From NCBI GenBank assembly GCA_032718475.1, contig JAUCBJ010001029.1, positions 6,208 through 70,207 on the forward strand: a stretch of DNA of 64,000 nucleotides, in the 5' to 3' direction. Origin of the DNA: Nemertoderma westbladi (lineage: Eukaryota; Animalia; Xenacoelomorpha). The position numbers and the translations under genes are program-made. The notes below the pieces were generated by a model. It was not told the DNA's origin. It worked only from the letters and a program-made list of their open reading frames with translations, and did not search any database. This document shows positions 24,320 to 39,104 of the stretch, piece by piece (within the stretch, counting starts at the first letter, position 1; every line of letters starts with the position of its first letter).

Positions 24320-27300
24320 TTATCCTTAATCTATGTAAGTATCCTTACTATGTATCCTTACTCTATGTAAGTATCCTTACTATGTATCCTTACTCTATGT
24401 AAGTATCCTTACTATGTATCCTTACTCTATGTAAGTATCCTTACTATGTATCCTTACTCTATGTAAGTATCCTTACTATGTATCCTTACTCTATGTAAGA
24501 ATCCTTACTCTATTTAAGTATCCTTACTATGTATCCTTACTCTATGTAAGTATCCTTAATCTATGTAAGTATCCTTACTATGTATTCTTACTATGTATCC
24601 TCATTCTATGTAAGTATCCTTACTATGTATCCTCATTTTATGTAAGTATCCTTACTATGTATCCTTACTATGTATCCTTACTCTATGTAAGTATCCTTAC
24701 TATGTATCCTTACTCTATGTAAGTATCCTTACTATGTATCCTTACTCTATGTAAGTATCCTTACTATGTATCCTTACTATGTATCCTTACTAAGTATCCT
24801 TACTATGTATCCTTAATCTATGTAAGTATCCTTACTATGTATCCTTACTCTATGTAAGTATCCTTACTATGTATCCTTACTATGTATCATTACTATGTAT
24901 CCTTACTATGTATCCTTACTCATGTAAGTATCCTTACTATGTATCCTTACTCTATGTAAGTGTCCTTACTATGTATCCTTACTCTATGTAAGTATCCTTA
25001 CTATGTATCCTTACTATGTATCCTTACTCTATGTAAGTATCCTTACTATGTATCCTCATTCTATGTAAGTATCCTTACTATGTATCCTTACTATGTATCC
25101 TTACTCTATGTAAGTATCCTTACTATGTATCCTTACTCTATGTAAGTATCCTTACTATGTATCCTTACTCTATGTAAGTATCCTTACTATGTATCCTTAC
25201 TCTATGTAAGTATCCTTACTATGTATCCTTACTCTATGTAAGTATCCTTACTATGTATCCTTACTCTATGTAAGTATCCTTACTATGTATCCTTACTCTA
25301 TGTATGTATCCTTACTATGTATCCTTACTCTATGTAAGTATCCTTACTATGTATCCTTACTTTATGTATGTATCCTTACTATGTTTCCTTACTCTATGTA
25401 AGTATCCTTACTATGTATCCTTACTATGTATCCTTACTATATATCCTTACTATGTATCCTTACTATGTATCCTTACTATGTATCCTTACCATGTATCCTT
25501 ACTATGTATCCTTACCATGTATCCTTACTATGTATCCTTACTCTATGTAAGTATCCTTACTATGTATCCTTACTCTATGTATGTATCCTTACTATGTATC
25601 CTTACTCTATGTAAGTATCCTTACTATGTATCCTTACTATGTATCCTTACTATGTATCCTTACTATGTATCCTTACTATGTATCCTTACTATGTATCCTT
25701 ACCATGTATCCTTACTATGTATCCTTACTCTATGTAAGTATCCTTACTATGTATCCTTACTATGTATCCTTACTATGTATCCTTACCATGTATCCTTACT
25801 ATGTATCCTTACTCTATGTAAGTATCCTTACTATGTATCCTTACTCTACTGTATGTAAGTATCCTTACTATGTATCCTTACTCTACTGTATGTAAGTATC
25901 CTTACTATGTATCCTTACTATGTATCCTTACTATGTATCCTTACTCTACTGTATGTAAGTATCCTTACTATGTATCCTTGCTATGTATCCTTATTATGTA
26001 TCCTTATTATGTATCCTTACTATGTATCCTTACTATGTATCCTTACTATGTATCCTTACTATGTATCCTTATTATGTATCCTTACTATGTATCCTTACTA
26101 TGTATCCTTACTATGTATCCTTACTATGTATCCTTACTATGTATCCTTACTATGTATCCTTACTCTATGTAAGTATCCATGTAAGTATCCTTACTATGTA
26201 TCCTTACTCTACTGTATGTAAGTATCCTTGCTATGTATCCTTGCTATGTATCCTTACTATGTATCCTTACTATGTATCCTTACTATGTATCCTTACTCTA
26301 TGTAAGTATCCTTACTATGTATCCTTACTCTATGTAAGTATCCTTACTATGTATCCTTACTCTATGTAAGTATCCTTACTATGTATCCTTACTCTATGTA
26401 AGTATCCTTACTATGTATCCTTACTCTATGTAAGTATCCTTACTATGTATCCTTGCTATGTATCATTACTATGTATCCTTACTATGTATCCTTACTATGT
26501 ATTCTTACTATGTGTCCTTACTCTATGTAAGTATCCTTACTATGTATCCTTACTCTATGTAAGTATCCTTACTATGTATCCTTACTCTATGTAAGTATCC
26601 TTACTATGTATCCTTACTCTATGTAAGTATCCTTACTATGTATCCTTGCTATGTATCATTACTATGTATCCTTACTATGTAGTATGTATCCTTACTATGT
26701 ATTCTTACTATGTGTCCTTACTCTATGTAAGTATCCTTACTATGTATCCTTACTCTATGTAAGTATCCTTATTATGTATCCTTATTATGTATCCTTACTA
26801 TGTATCCTTACTATGTATCCTTACTATGTATCCTTACTATGTATCCTTATTATGTATCCTTACTATGTATCCTTACTATGTATCCTTACTATGTATCCTT
26901 ACTATGTATCCTTACTATGTATCCTTACTATGTATCCTTACTCTATGTAAGTATCCATGTAAGTATCCTTACTATGTATCCTTACTCTACTGTATGTAAG
27001 TATCCTTGCTATGTATCCTTGCTATGTATCCTTACTATGTATCCTTACTATGTATCCTTACTATGTATCCTTACTCTATGTAAGTATCCTTACTATGTAT
27101 CCTTACTCTATGTAAGTATCCTTACTATGTATCCTTACTCTATGTAAGTATCCTTACTATGTATCCTTACTCTATGTAAGTATCCTTACTATGTATCCTT
27201 ACTCTATGTAAGTATCCTTACTATGTATCCTTGCTATGTATCATTACTATGTATCCTTACTATGTATCCTTACTATGTATTCTTACTATGTGTCCTTACT

Positions 27301-30300
27301 CTATGTAAGTATCCTTACTATGTATCCTTACTCTATGTAAGTATCCTTACTATGTATCCTTACTCTATGTAAGTATCCTTACTATGTATCCTTACTCTAT
27401 GTAAGTATCCTTACTATGTATCCTTGCTATGTATCATTACTATGTATCCTTACTATGTAGTATGTATCCTTACTATGTATTCTTACTATGTGTCCTTACT
27501 CTATGTAAGTATCCTTACTATGTATCCTTACTCTATGTAAGTATCCTTACTATGTATCCTTACTCTATTAAGTATCCTTACTATGTATCCTTACTATGTA
27601 TCCTTACTCTATGTAAGTATCCTTACTATGTATCCTTATTCTATGTAAGTATCCTTACTATGTATCCTTACTCTATGTAAGTATCCTTACTATGTATCCT
27701 TACTATGTATCCTTACTCTATGTAAGTATCCTTACTATGTATCCTTACTATGTATCCTTACTATGTATCCTTACTCTATGTAAGTATCCTTACTATGTAT
27801 CCTTACTCTATGTAAGTATCCTTACTATGTATCCTTACTCTATGTAAGTATCCTTACTATGTATCCTTACTCTATGTAAGTATCCTTACTATGTATCCTT
27901 ACTCTATGTAAGTATCCTTACTATGTATCCTTACTCTATGTAAGTATCCTTACTATGTATCCTTACTCTATGTAAGTATCCTTACTATGTATCCTTACTC
28001 TATGTATGTATCCTTACTATGTATCCTTACTCTATGTAAGTATCCTTACTATGTATCCTTACTATGTATCCTTACTCTATGTAAGTATCCTTACTATGTA
28101 TCCTTACTCTATGTAAGTATCCTTACTATGTATCCTTACTCTATGTAAGTATCCTTACTATGTATCCTTACTCTATGTAAGTATCCTTACTATGTATCCT
28201 TACTCTATGTAAGTATCCTTACTATGTATCCTTACTCTATGTAAGTATCCTTACTATGTATCCTTACTATGTATCCTTACTCTATGTAAGTATCCTTACT
28301 ATGTATCCTTACTCTATGTAAGTATCCTTACTATGTATCCTTACTCTATGTAAGTATCCTTACTATGTATCCTTACTATGTATCCTTACTCTATGTAAGT
28401 ATCCTTACTATGTATCCTTATCCTTACTCTATGTAAGTATCCTTACTATGTATCCTTACTCTATGTAAGTATCCTTACTATGTGTCCTTACTCTATGTAA
28501 GTATCCTTACTATGTATCCTTACTCTATGTAAGTATCCTTACTATGTATCCTTACTATGTATCCTTACTATGTATCCTTACTCTATGTAAGTATCCTTAC
28601 TATGTATCCTTACTCTATTTAAGTATCCTTACTATGTATCCTTACTATGTATCCTTACTCTATGTAAGTATCCTTACTATGTATCCTTACTCTATGTAAG
28701 TATCCTTACTATGTATCCTTCCTTACTCTATGCAAGTATCCTTACTATGTATCCTTACTCTATGTAAGTATCCTTACCATGTATCCTTACTCTATGCAAG
28801 TATCCTTACTATGTATCCTTGCTATGTATATATCCTTACTATGTATCCTTACTATGTATCCTTGCTATGTATCCTTACTATGTATCCTTTCTATGTATCC
28901 TTACTATGTATCCTTACTCTATGTAAGTATCCTTACTATGTATCCTTACTCTATGTAAGTATCCTTACTATGTATCCTTACTCTATGTAAGTATCCTTAC
29001 TATGTATCCTTACTCTATGTAAGTATCTTTACTATGTATCCTTACTCTATTTAAGTATCCTTACTATGTATCCTTACTCTATTTAAGTATCCTTACTATG
29101 TATCCTTACTCTATGTAAGTATCCTTACTATGTATCCTTACTCTATGTAAGTATCCTTACTATGTATCCTTACTCTATTTAAGTATCCTTACCATGTATC
29201 CTTACTATGTATCCTTACTATGTATCCTTACTATGTATCCTTACTCTATTTAAGTATCCTTACTATGTATCCTTACTCTATTTAAGTATCCTTACTATGT
29301 ATCCTTATTCCTTACTCTATGTAAGTATCCTTACTATGTATCCTTACTATGTATCCTTACTCTATGTAAGTATCCTTACTATGTATCCTTATTCTATGTA
29401 AGTATCCTTACTATGTATCCTTACTATGTATCCTTACTCTATGTAAGTATCCTTACTATGTATCCTTACTATGTATCCTTACTCTATGTAAGTATCCTTA
29501 CTCTATGTAAGTATCCTTACTATGTATCCTTACTATGTATCCTTACTATGTATCCTTACTATGTATCCTTACTCTATGTAAGTATCCTTACTATGTATCC
29601 TTACTCTATGTATGTTTCCTTACTATGTATCCTTACTCTATGTAAGTATCCTTACTATGTATCCTTACTATGTATCCTTACTCTATGTAAGTATCCTTAC
29701 TATGTATCCTTACTCTATGTAAGTATCCTTACTATGTATCCTTACTCTATGTAAGTATCCTTACTATGTATCCTTACTATGTATCCTTACTATGTATCCT
29801 TACTATGTATCCTTACTATGTATCCTTACTATGTATCCTTACTATGTATCCTTACCATGTATCCTTACTATGTATCCTTACTCTATGTAAGTATCCTTAC
29901 TATGTATCCTTACTCTACTGTATGTAAGTATCCTTACTATGTATCCTTACTCTATGTATGTATCCTTACTATGTATCCTTACTCTATGTAAGTATCCTTA
30001 CTATGTATCCTTACTATGTATCCTTACTATGTATCCTTACTATGTATCCTTACCATGTATCCTTACTATGTATCCTTACTCTATGTAAGTATCCTTACTA
30101 TGTATCCTTACTCTACTGTATGTAAGTATCCTTACTATGTATCCTTACTCTATGTAAGTATCCTTACTATGTATCCTTACTCTATGTAAGTATCCTTACT
30201 ATGTATCCTTACTCTATGTAAGTATCCTTACTATGTATCCTTACTATGTATCCTTACTATGTATCCTTACCATGTATCCTTACTATGTATCCTTACTCTA

Positions 30301-33300
30301 TGTAAGTATCCTTACTATGTATCCTTACTCTACTGTATGTAAGTATCCTTACTATGTATCCTTACTCTACTGTATGTAAGTATCCTTACTATGTATCCTT
30401 ACTATGTATCCTTACTCTACTGTATGTAAGTATCCTTACTATGTATCCTTGCTATGTATCCTTACTATGTATCCTTACTATGTATCCTTACTATGTATCC
30501 TTACTATGTATCCTTACTATGTATCCTTACTATGTATCCTTACTATGTATCCTTACTCTATGTAAGTATCCATGTAAGTATCCTTACTATGTATCCTTAC
30601 TCTACTGTATGTAAGTATCCTTGCTATGTATCCTTGCTATGTATCCTTACTATGTATCCTTACTATGTATCCTTACTATGTATCCTTACTCTATGTAAGT
30701 ATCCTTACTATGTATCCTTACTCTATGTAAGTATCCTTACTATGTATCCTTACTCTATGTAAGTATCCTTACTATGTATCCTTACTCTATGTAAGTATCC
30801 TTACTATGTATCCTTGCTATGTATGTATCATTACTATGTATCCTTACTATGTATCCTTACTATGTATCCTTACTATGTATTCTTACTATGTGTCCTTACT
30901 CTATGTAAGTATCCTTACTATGTATCCTTACTCTATGTATGTATCCTTACTATGTTTCCTTACTCTATGTAAGTATCCTTACTATGTATCCTTACTATGT
31001 ATCCTTACTATATATCCTTACTATGTATCCTTACTATGTATCCTTACTATGTATCCTTACCATGTATCCTTACTATGTATCCTTACCATGTATCCTTACT
31101 ATGTATCCTTACTCTATGTAAGTATCCTTACTATGTATCCTTACTCTATGTATGTATCCTTACTATGTATCCTTACTCTATGTAAGTATCCTTACTATGT
31201 ATCCTTACTATGTATCCTTACTATGTATCCTTACTATGTATCCTTACTATGTATCCTTACTATGTATCCTTACCATGTATCCTTACTATGTATCCTTACT
31301 CTATGTAAGTATCCTTACTATGTATCCTTACTCTATGTAAGTATCCTTACTATGTATCCTTACTCTATTTAAGTATCCTTACCATGTATCCTTACTATGT
31401 ATCCTTACTATGTATCCTTACTATGTATCCTTACTCTATTTAAGTATCCTTACTATGTATCCTTACTCTATTTAAGTATCCTTACTATGTATCCTTATTC
31501 CTTACTCTATGTAAGTATCCTTACTATGTATCCTTACTATGTATCCTTACTCTATGTAAGTATCCTTACTATGTATCCTTATTCTATGTAAGTATCCTTA
31601 CTATGTATCCTTACTATGTATCCTTACTCTATGTAAGTATCCTTACTATGTATCCTTACTATGTATCCTTACTCTATGTAAGTATCCTTACTCTATGTAA
31701 GTATCCTTACTATGTATCCTTACTATGTATCCTTACTATGTATCCTTACTATGTATCCTTACTCTATGTAAGTATCCTTACTATGTATCCTTACTCTATG
31801 TATGTTTCCTTACTATGTATCCTTACTCTATGTAAGTATCCTTACTATGTATCCTTACTATGTATCCTTACTCTATGTAAGTATCCTTACTATGTATCCT
31901 TACTCTATGTAAGTATCCTTACTATGTATCCTTACTCTATGTAAGTATCCTTACTATGTATCCTTACTATGTATCCTTACTATGTATCCTTACTATGTAT
32001 CCTTACTATGTATCCTTACTATGTATCCTTACTATGTATCCTTACCATGTATCCTTACTATGTATCCTTACTCTATGTAAGTATCCTTACTATGTATCCT
32101 TACTCTACTGTATGTAAGTATCCTTACTATGTATCCTTACTCTATGTATGTATCCTTACTATGTATCCTTACTCTATGTAAGTATCCTTACTATGTATCC
32201 TTACTATGTATCCTTACTATGTATCCTTACTATGTATCCTTACCATGTATCCTTACTATGTATCCTTACTCTATGTAAGTATCCTTACTATGTATCCTTA
32301 CTCTACTGTATGTAAGTATCCTTACTATGTATCCTTACTCTATGTAAGTATCCTTACTATGTATCCTTACTCTATGTAAGTATCCTTACTATGTATCCTT
32401 ACTCTATGTAAGTATCCTTACTATGTATCCTTACTATGTATCCTTACTATGTATCCTTACCATGTATCCTTACTATGTATCCTTACTCTATGTAAGTATC
32501 CTTACTATGTATCCTTACTCTACTGTATGTAAGTATCCTTACTATGTATCCTTACTCTACTGTATGTAAGTATCCTTACTATGTATCCTTACTATGTATC
32601 CTTACTCTACTGTATGTAAGTATCCTTACTATGTATCCTTAGCTCTATGTATCCTTACTATGTATCCTTACTATGTATCCTTACTATGTATCCTTACTAT
32701 GTATCCTTACTATGTATCCTTACTATGTATCCTTACTCTATGTAAGTATCCATGTAAGTATCCTTACTATGTATCCTTACTCTACTGTATGTAAGTATCC
32801 TTGCTATGTATCCTTGCTATGTATCCTTACTATGTATCCTTACTATGTATCCTTACTATGTATCCTTACTCTATGTAAGTATCCTTACTATGTATCCTTA
32901 CTCTATGTAAGTATCCTTACTATGTATCCTTACTCTATGTAAGTATCCTTACTATGTATCCTTACTCTATGTAAGTATCCTTACTATGTATCCTTGCTAT
33001 GTATGTATCATTACTATGTATCCTTACTATGTATCCTTACTATGTATCCTTACTATGTATTCTTACTATGTGTCCTTACTCTATGTAAGTATCCTTACTA
33101 TGTATCCTTACTCTATGTATGTATCCTTACTATGTTTCCTTACTCTATGTAAGTATCCTTACTATGTATCCTTACTATGTATCCTTACTATATATCCTTA
33201 CTATGTATCCTTACTATGTATCCTTACTATGTATCCTTACCATGTATCCTTACTATGTATCCTTACCATGTATCCTTACTATGTATCCTTACTCTATGTA

Positions 33301-36300
33301 AGTATCCTTACTATGTATCCTTACTCTATGTATGTATCCTTACTATGTATCCTTACTCTATGTAAGTATCCTTACTATGTATCCTTACTATGTATCCTTA
33401 CTATGTATCCTTACTATGTATCCTTACTATGTATCCTTACTATGTATCCTTACCATGTATCCTTACTATGTATCCTTACTCTATGTAAGTATCCTTACTA
33501 TGTATCCTTACTATGTATCCTTACTATGTATCCTTACCATGTATCCTTACTATGTATCCTTACTCTATGTAAGTATCCTTACTATGTATCCTTACTCTAC
33601 TGTATCCTTACTATGTATCCTTACTATGTATCCTTACTATGTATCCTTACTATGTATCCTTACTCTACTGTATGTAAGTATCCTTACTATGTATCCTTGC
33701 TATGTATCCTTATTATGTATCCTTATTATGTATCCTTACTATGTATCCTTACTATGTATCCTTACTATGTATCCTTACTATGTATCCTTATTATGTATCC
33801 TTACTATGTATCCTTACTATGTATCCTTACTATGTATCCTTACTATGTATCCTTACTATGTATCCTTACTATGTATCCTTACTCTATGTAAGTATCCATG
33901 TAAGTATCCTTACTATGTATCCTTACTCTACTGTATGTAAGTATCCTTGCTATGTATCCTTGCTATGTATCCTTACTATGTATCCTTACTATGTATCCTT
34001 ACTATGTATCCTTACTCTATGTAAGTATCCTTACTATGTATCCTTACTCTATGTAAGTATCCTTACTATGTATCCTTACTCTATGTAAGTATCCTTACTA
34101 TGTATCCTTACTCTATGTAAGTATCCTTACTATGTATCCTTACTCTATGTAAGTATCCTTACTATGTATCCTTGCTATGTATCATTACTATGTATCCTTA
34201 CTATGTATCCTTACTATGTATTCTTACTATGTGTCCTTACTCTATGTAAGTATCCTTACTATGTATCCTTACTCTATGTAAGTATCCTTACTATGTATCC
34301 TTACTCTATGTAAGTATCCTTACTATGTATCCTTACTCTATGTAAGTATCCTTACTATGTATCCTTGCTATGTATCATTACTATGTATCCTTACTATGTA
34401 GTATGTATCCTTACTATGTATTCTTACTATGTGTCCTTACTCTATGTAAGTATCCTTACTATGTATCCTTACTCTATGTAAGTATCCTTACTATGTATCC
34501 TTACTATGTATCCTTACTATGTATCCTTACTCTATGTAAGTATCCTTACTATGTATCCTTACTCTATTTAAGTATCCTTACTATGTATCCTTACTATGTA
34601 TCCTTACTCTATGTAAGTATCCTTACTATGTATCCTTATTCTATGTAAGTATCCTTACTATGTATCCTTACTCTATGTAAGTATCCTTACTATGTATCCT
34701 TACTATGTATCCTTACTCTATGTAAGTATCCTTACTATGTATCCTTACTATGTATCCTTACTATGTATCCTTACTCTATGTAAGTATCCTTACTATGTAT
34801 CCTTACTCTATGTAAGTATCCTTACTATGTATCCTTACTCTATGTAAGTATCCTTACTATGTATCCTTACTCTATGTAAGTATCCTTACTATGTATCCTT
34901 ACTCTATGTAAGTATCCTTACTATGTATCCTTACTCTATGTAAGTATCCTTACTATGTATCCTTACTCTATGTAAGTATCCTTACTATGTATCCTTACTC
35001 TATGTATGTATCCTTACTATGTATCCTTACTCTATGTAAGTATCCTTACTATGTATCCTTACTATGTATCCTTACTCTATGTAAGTATCCTTACTATGTA
35101 TCCTTACTCTATGTAAGTATCCTTACTATGTATCCTTACTCTATGTAAGTATCCTTACTATGTATCCTTACTCTATGTAAGTATCCTTACTATGTATCCT
35201 TACTCTATGTAAGTATCCTTACTATGTATCCTTACTCTATGTAAGTATCCTTACTATGTATCCTTACTATGTATCCTTACTCTATGTAAGTATCCTTACT
35301 ATGTATCCTTACTCTATGTAAGTATCCTTACTATGTATCCTTACTCTATGTAAGTATCCTTACTATGTATCCTTACTATGTATCCTTACTCTATGTAAGT
35401 ATCCTTACTATGTATCCTTATCCTTACTCTATGTAAGTATCCTTACTATGTATCCTTACTCTATGTAAGTATCCTTACTATGTGTCCTTACTCTATGTAA
35501 GTATCCTTACTATGTATCCTTACTCTATGTAAGTATCCTTACTATGTATCCTTACTATGTATCCTTACTATGTATCCTTACTCTATGTAAGTATCCTTAC
35601 TATGTATCCTTACTCTATTTAAGTATCCTTACTATGTATCCTTACTATGTATCCTTACTCTATGTAAGTATCCTTACTATGTATCCTTACTCTATGTAAG
35701 TATCCTTACTATGTATCCTTCCTTACTCTATGCAAGTATCCTTACTATGTATCCTTACTCTATGTAAGTATCCTTACCATGTATCCTTACTCTATGCAAG
35801 TATCCTTACTATGTATCCTTGCTATGTATATATCCTTACTATGTATCCTTACTATGTATCCTTGCTATGTATCCTTACTATGTATCCTTTCTATGTATCC
35901 TTACTATGTATCCTTACTCTATGTAAGTATCCTTACTATGTATCCTTACTCTATGTAAGTATCCTTACTATGTATCCTTACTCTATGTAAGTATCCTTAC
36001 TATGTATCCTTACTCTATGTAAGTATCTTTACTATGTATCCTTACTCTATTTAAGTATCCTTACTATGTATCCTTACTCTATTTAAGTATCCTTACTATG
36101 TATCCTTACTCTATGTAAGTATCCTTACTATGTATCCTTACTCTATGTAAGTATCCTTACTATGTATCCTTACTCTATTTAAGTATCCTTACCATGTATC
36201 CTTACTATGTATCCTTACTATGTATCCTTACTATGTATCCTTACTCTATTTAAGTATCCTTACTATGTATCCTTACTCTATTTAAGTATCCTTACTATGT

Positions 36301-39104
36301 ATCCTTATTCCTTACTCTATGTAAGTATCCTTACTATGTATCCTTACTATGTATCCTTACTCTATGTAAGTATCCTTACTATGTATCCTTATTCTATGTA
36401 AGTATCCTTACTATGTATCCTTACTATGTATCCTTACTCTATGTAAGTATCCTTACTATGTATCCTTACTATGTATCCTTACTCTATGTAAGTATCCTTA
36501 CTCTATGTAAGTATCCTTACTATGTATCCTTACTATGTATCCTTACTATGTATCCTTACTATGTATCCTTACTCTATGTAAGTATCCTTACTATGTATCC
36601 TTACTCTATGTATGTTTCCTTACTATGTATCCTTACTCTATGTAAGTATCCTTACTATGTATCCTTACTATGTATCCTTACTCTATGTAAGTATCCTTAC
36701 TATGTATCCTTACTCTATGTAAGTATCCTTACTATGTATCCTTACTCTATGTAAGTATCCTTACTATGTATCCTTACTATGTATCCTTACTATGTATCCT
36801 TACTATGTATCCTTACTATGTATCCTTACTATGTATCCTTACTATGTATCCTTACCATGTATCCTTACTATGTATCCTTACTCTATGTAAGTATCCTTAC
36901 TATGTATCCTTACTCTACTGTATGTAAGTATCCTTACTATGTATCCTTACTCTATGTATGTATCCTTACTATGTATCCTTACTCTATGTAAGTATCCTTA
37001 CTATGTATCCTTACTATGTATCCTTACTATGTATCCTTACTATGTATCCTTACCATGTATCCTTACTATGTATCCTTACTCTATGTAAGTATCCTTACTA
37101 TGTATCCTTACTCTACTGTATGTAAGTATCCTTACTATGTATCCTTACTCTATGTAAGTATCCTTACTATGTATCCTTACTCTATGTAAGTATCCTTACT
37201 ATGTATCCTTACTCTATGTAAGTATCCTTACTATGTATCCTTACTATGTATCCTTACTATGTATCCTTACCATGTATCCTTACTATGTATCCTTACTCTA
37301 TGTAAGTATCCTTACTATGTATCCTTACTCTACTGTATGTAAGTATCCTTACTATGTATCCTTACTCTACTGTATGTAAGTATCCTTACTATGTATCCTT
37401 ACTATGTATCCTTACTCTACTGTATGTAAGTATCCTTACTATGTATCCTTACTATGTATCCTTACTATGTATCCTTACTATGTATCCTTACTCTATGTAA
37501 GTATCCATGTAAGTATCCTTACTATGTATCCTTACTCTACTGTATGTAAGTATCCTTGCTATGTATCCTTGCTATGTATCCTTACTATGTATCCTTACTA
37601 TGTATCCTTACTATGTATCCTTACTCTATGTAAGTATCCTTACTATGTATCCTTACTCTATGTAAGTATCCTTACTATGTATCCTTACTCTATGTAAGTA
37701 TCCTTACTATGTATCCTTACTCTATGTAAGTATCCTTACTATGTATCCTTGCTATGTATGTATCATTACTATGTATCCTTACTATGTATCCTTACTATGT
37801 ATCCTTACTATGTATTCTTACTATGTGTCCTTACTCTATGTAAGTATCCTTACTATGTATCCTTACTCTATGTAAGTATCCTTACTATGTATCCTTACTC
37901 TATTTAAGTATCCTTACTATGTATCCTTACTATGTATCCTTACTATGTATCCTTACTATGTATCCTTATTCCTTACTCTATGTAAGTATCCTTACTATGT
38001 ATCCTTACTATGTATCCTTACTCTATGTAAGTATCCTTACTATGTATCCTTACTCTATGTAAGTATCCTTACTATGTATCCTTACTCTATGTAAGTATCC
38101 TTACTATGTATCCTTGCTATGTATGTATCATTACTATGTATCCTTACTATGTATCCTTACTATGTATCCTTACTATGTATTCTTACTATGTGTCCTTACT
38201 CTATGTAAGTATCCTTACTATGTATCCTTACTCTATGTAAGTATTCTTACTATGTATCCTTACTCTATTTAAGTATCCTTACTATGTATCCTTACTATGT
38301 ATCCTTACTATATATCCTTATTCCTTACTCTATGTAAGTATCCTTACTATGTATCCTTACTATGTATCCTTACTCTATGTAAGTATCCTTACTATGTTTC
38401 CTTATTCTATGTAAGTATCCTTACTATGTATCCTTACTCTATGTAAGTATCCTTACTATGTATCCTTACTCTATGTAAGTATCCTTACTATGTATCCTTA
38501 CTCTATGTAAGTATCCTTACTATGTATCCTTACTCTATGTAAGTATCCTTACTATGTATCCTTACTATGTATCCTTACTCTATGTAAGTATCCTTACTAT
38601 GTATCCTTACTCTATGTAAGTACCCTTACTATGTATCCTTACTCTATGTAAGTATCCTTACTATGTATCCTTGCTATGTATCCTTACTATGTATCCTTAC
38701 TATTTATCCTTACTATGTATCCTTACTATGTATCCTTACTATGTATCCTTACTCTATGCAAGTATCCTTACTCTATGCAAGTATCCTTACTATGTATCCT
38801 TACTCTATGTAAGTATCCTTACTATGTATCCTTACTCTATGTAAGTATCCTTACTATGTATCCTTGCTATGCATCCTTACTATGTATCCTTACTATGTAT
38901 CCTTGCTATGTATCCTTACTATGTATCCTTACTATGTATCCTTACTATGTATCCTTACTATGTATCCTTACTCTATGTAAGTATCCTTACTATGTATCCT
39001 TACTCTATGTATGTATCCTTACTATGTATCCTTACTCTATGTAAGTATCCTTACTATGTATCCTTACTCTATGTAAGTATCCTTACTATGTATCCTTACT
39101 CTAT
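24320..39104. repeat. Satellite of 13-bp (TATCCTTACTATG) and 19-bp (TATCCTTACTCTATGTAAG) units, block 1, with higher-order duplications
   Basis: Directly visible tandem array; identical variant patterns recur at offsets 778, about 2190, 7000 and 7719 bp. Confidence 0.97.

Noticed and set aside
24320-39104. Satellite as interstitial telomeric repeat
   Set aside because: Units do not match TTAGG/TTAGGG-type repeats and have a composite 13/19-bp structure.
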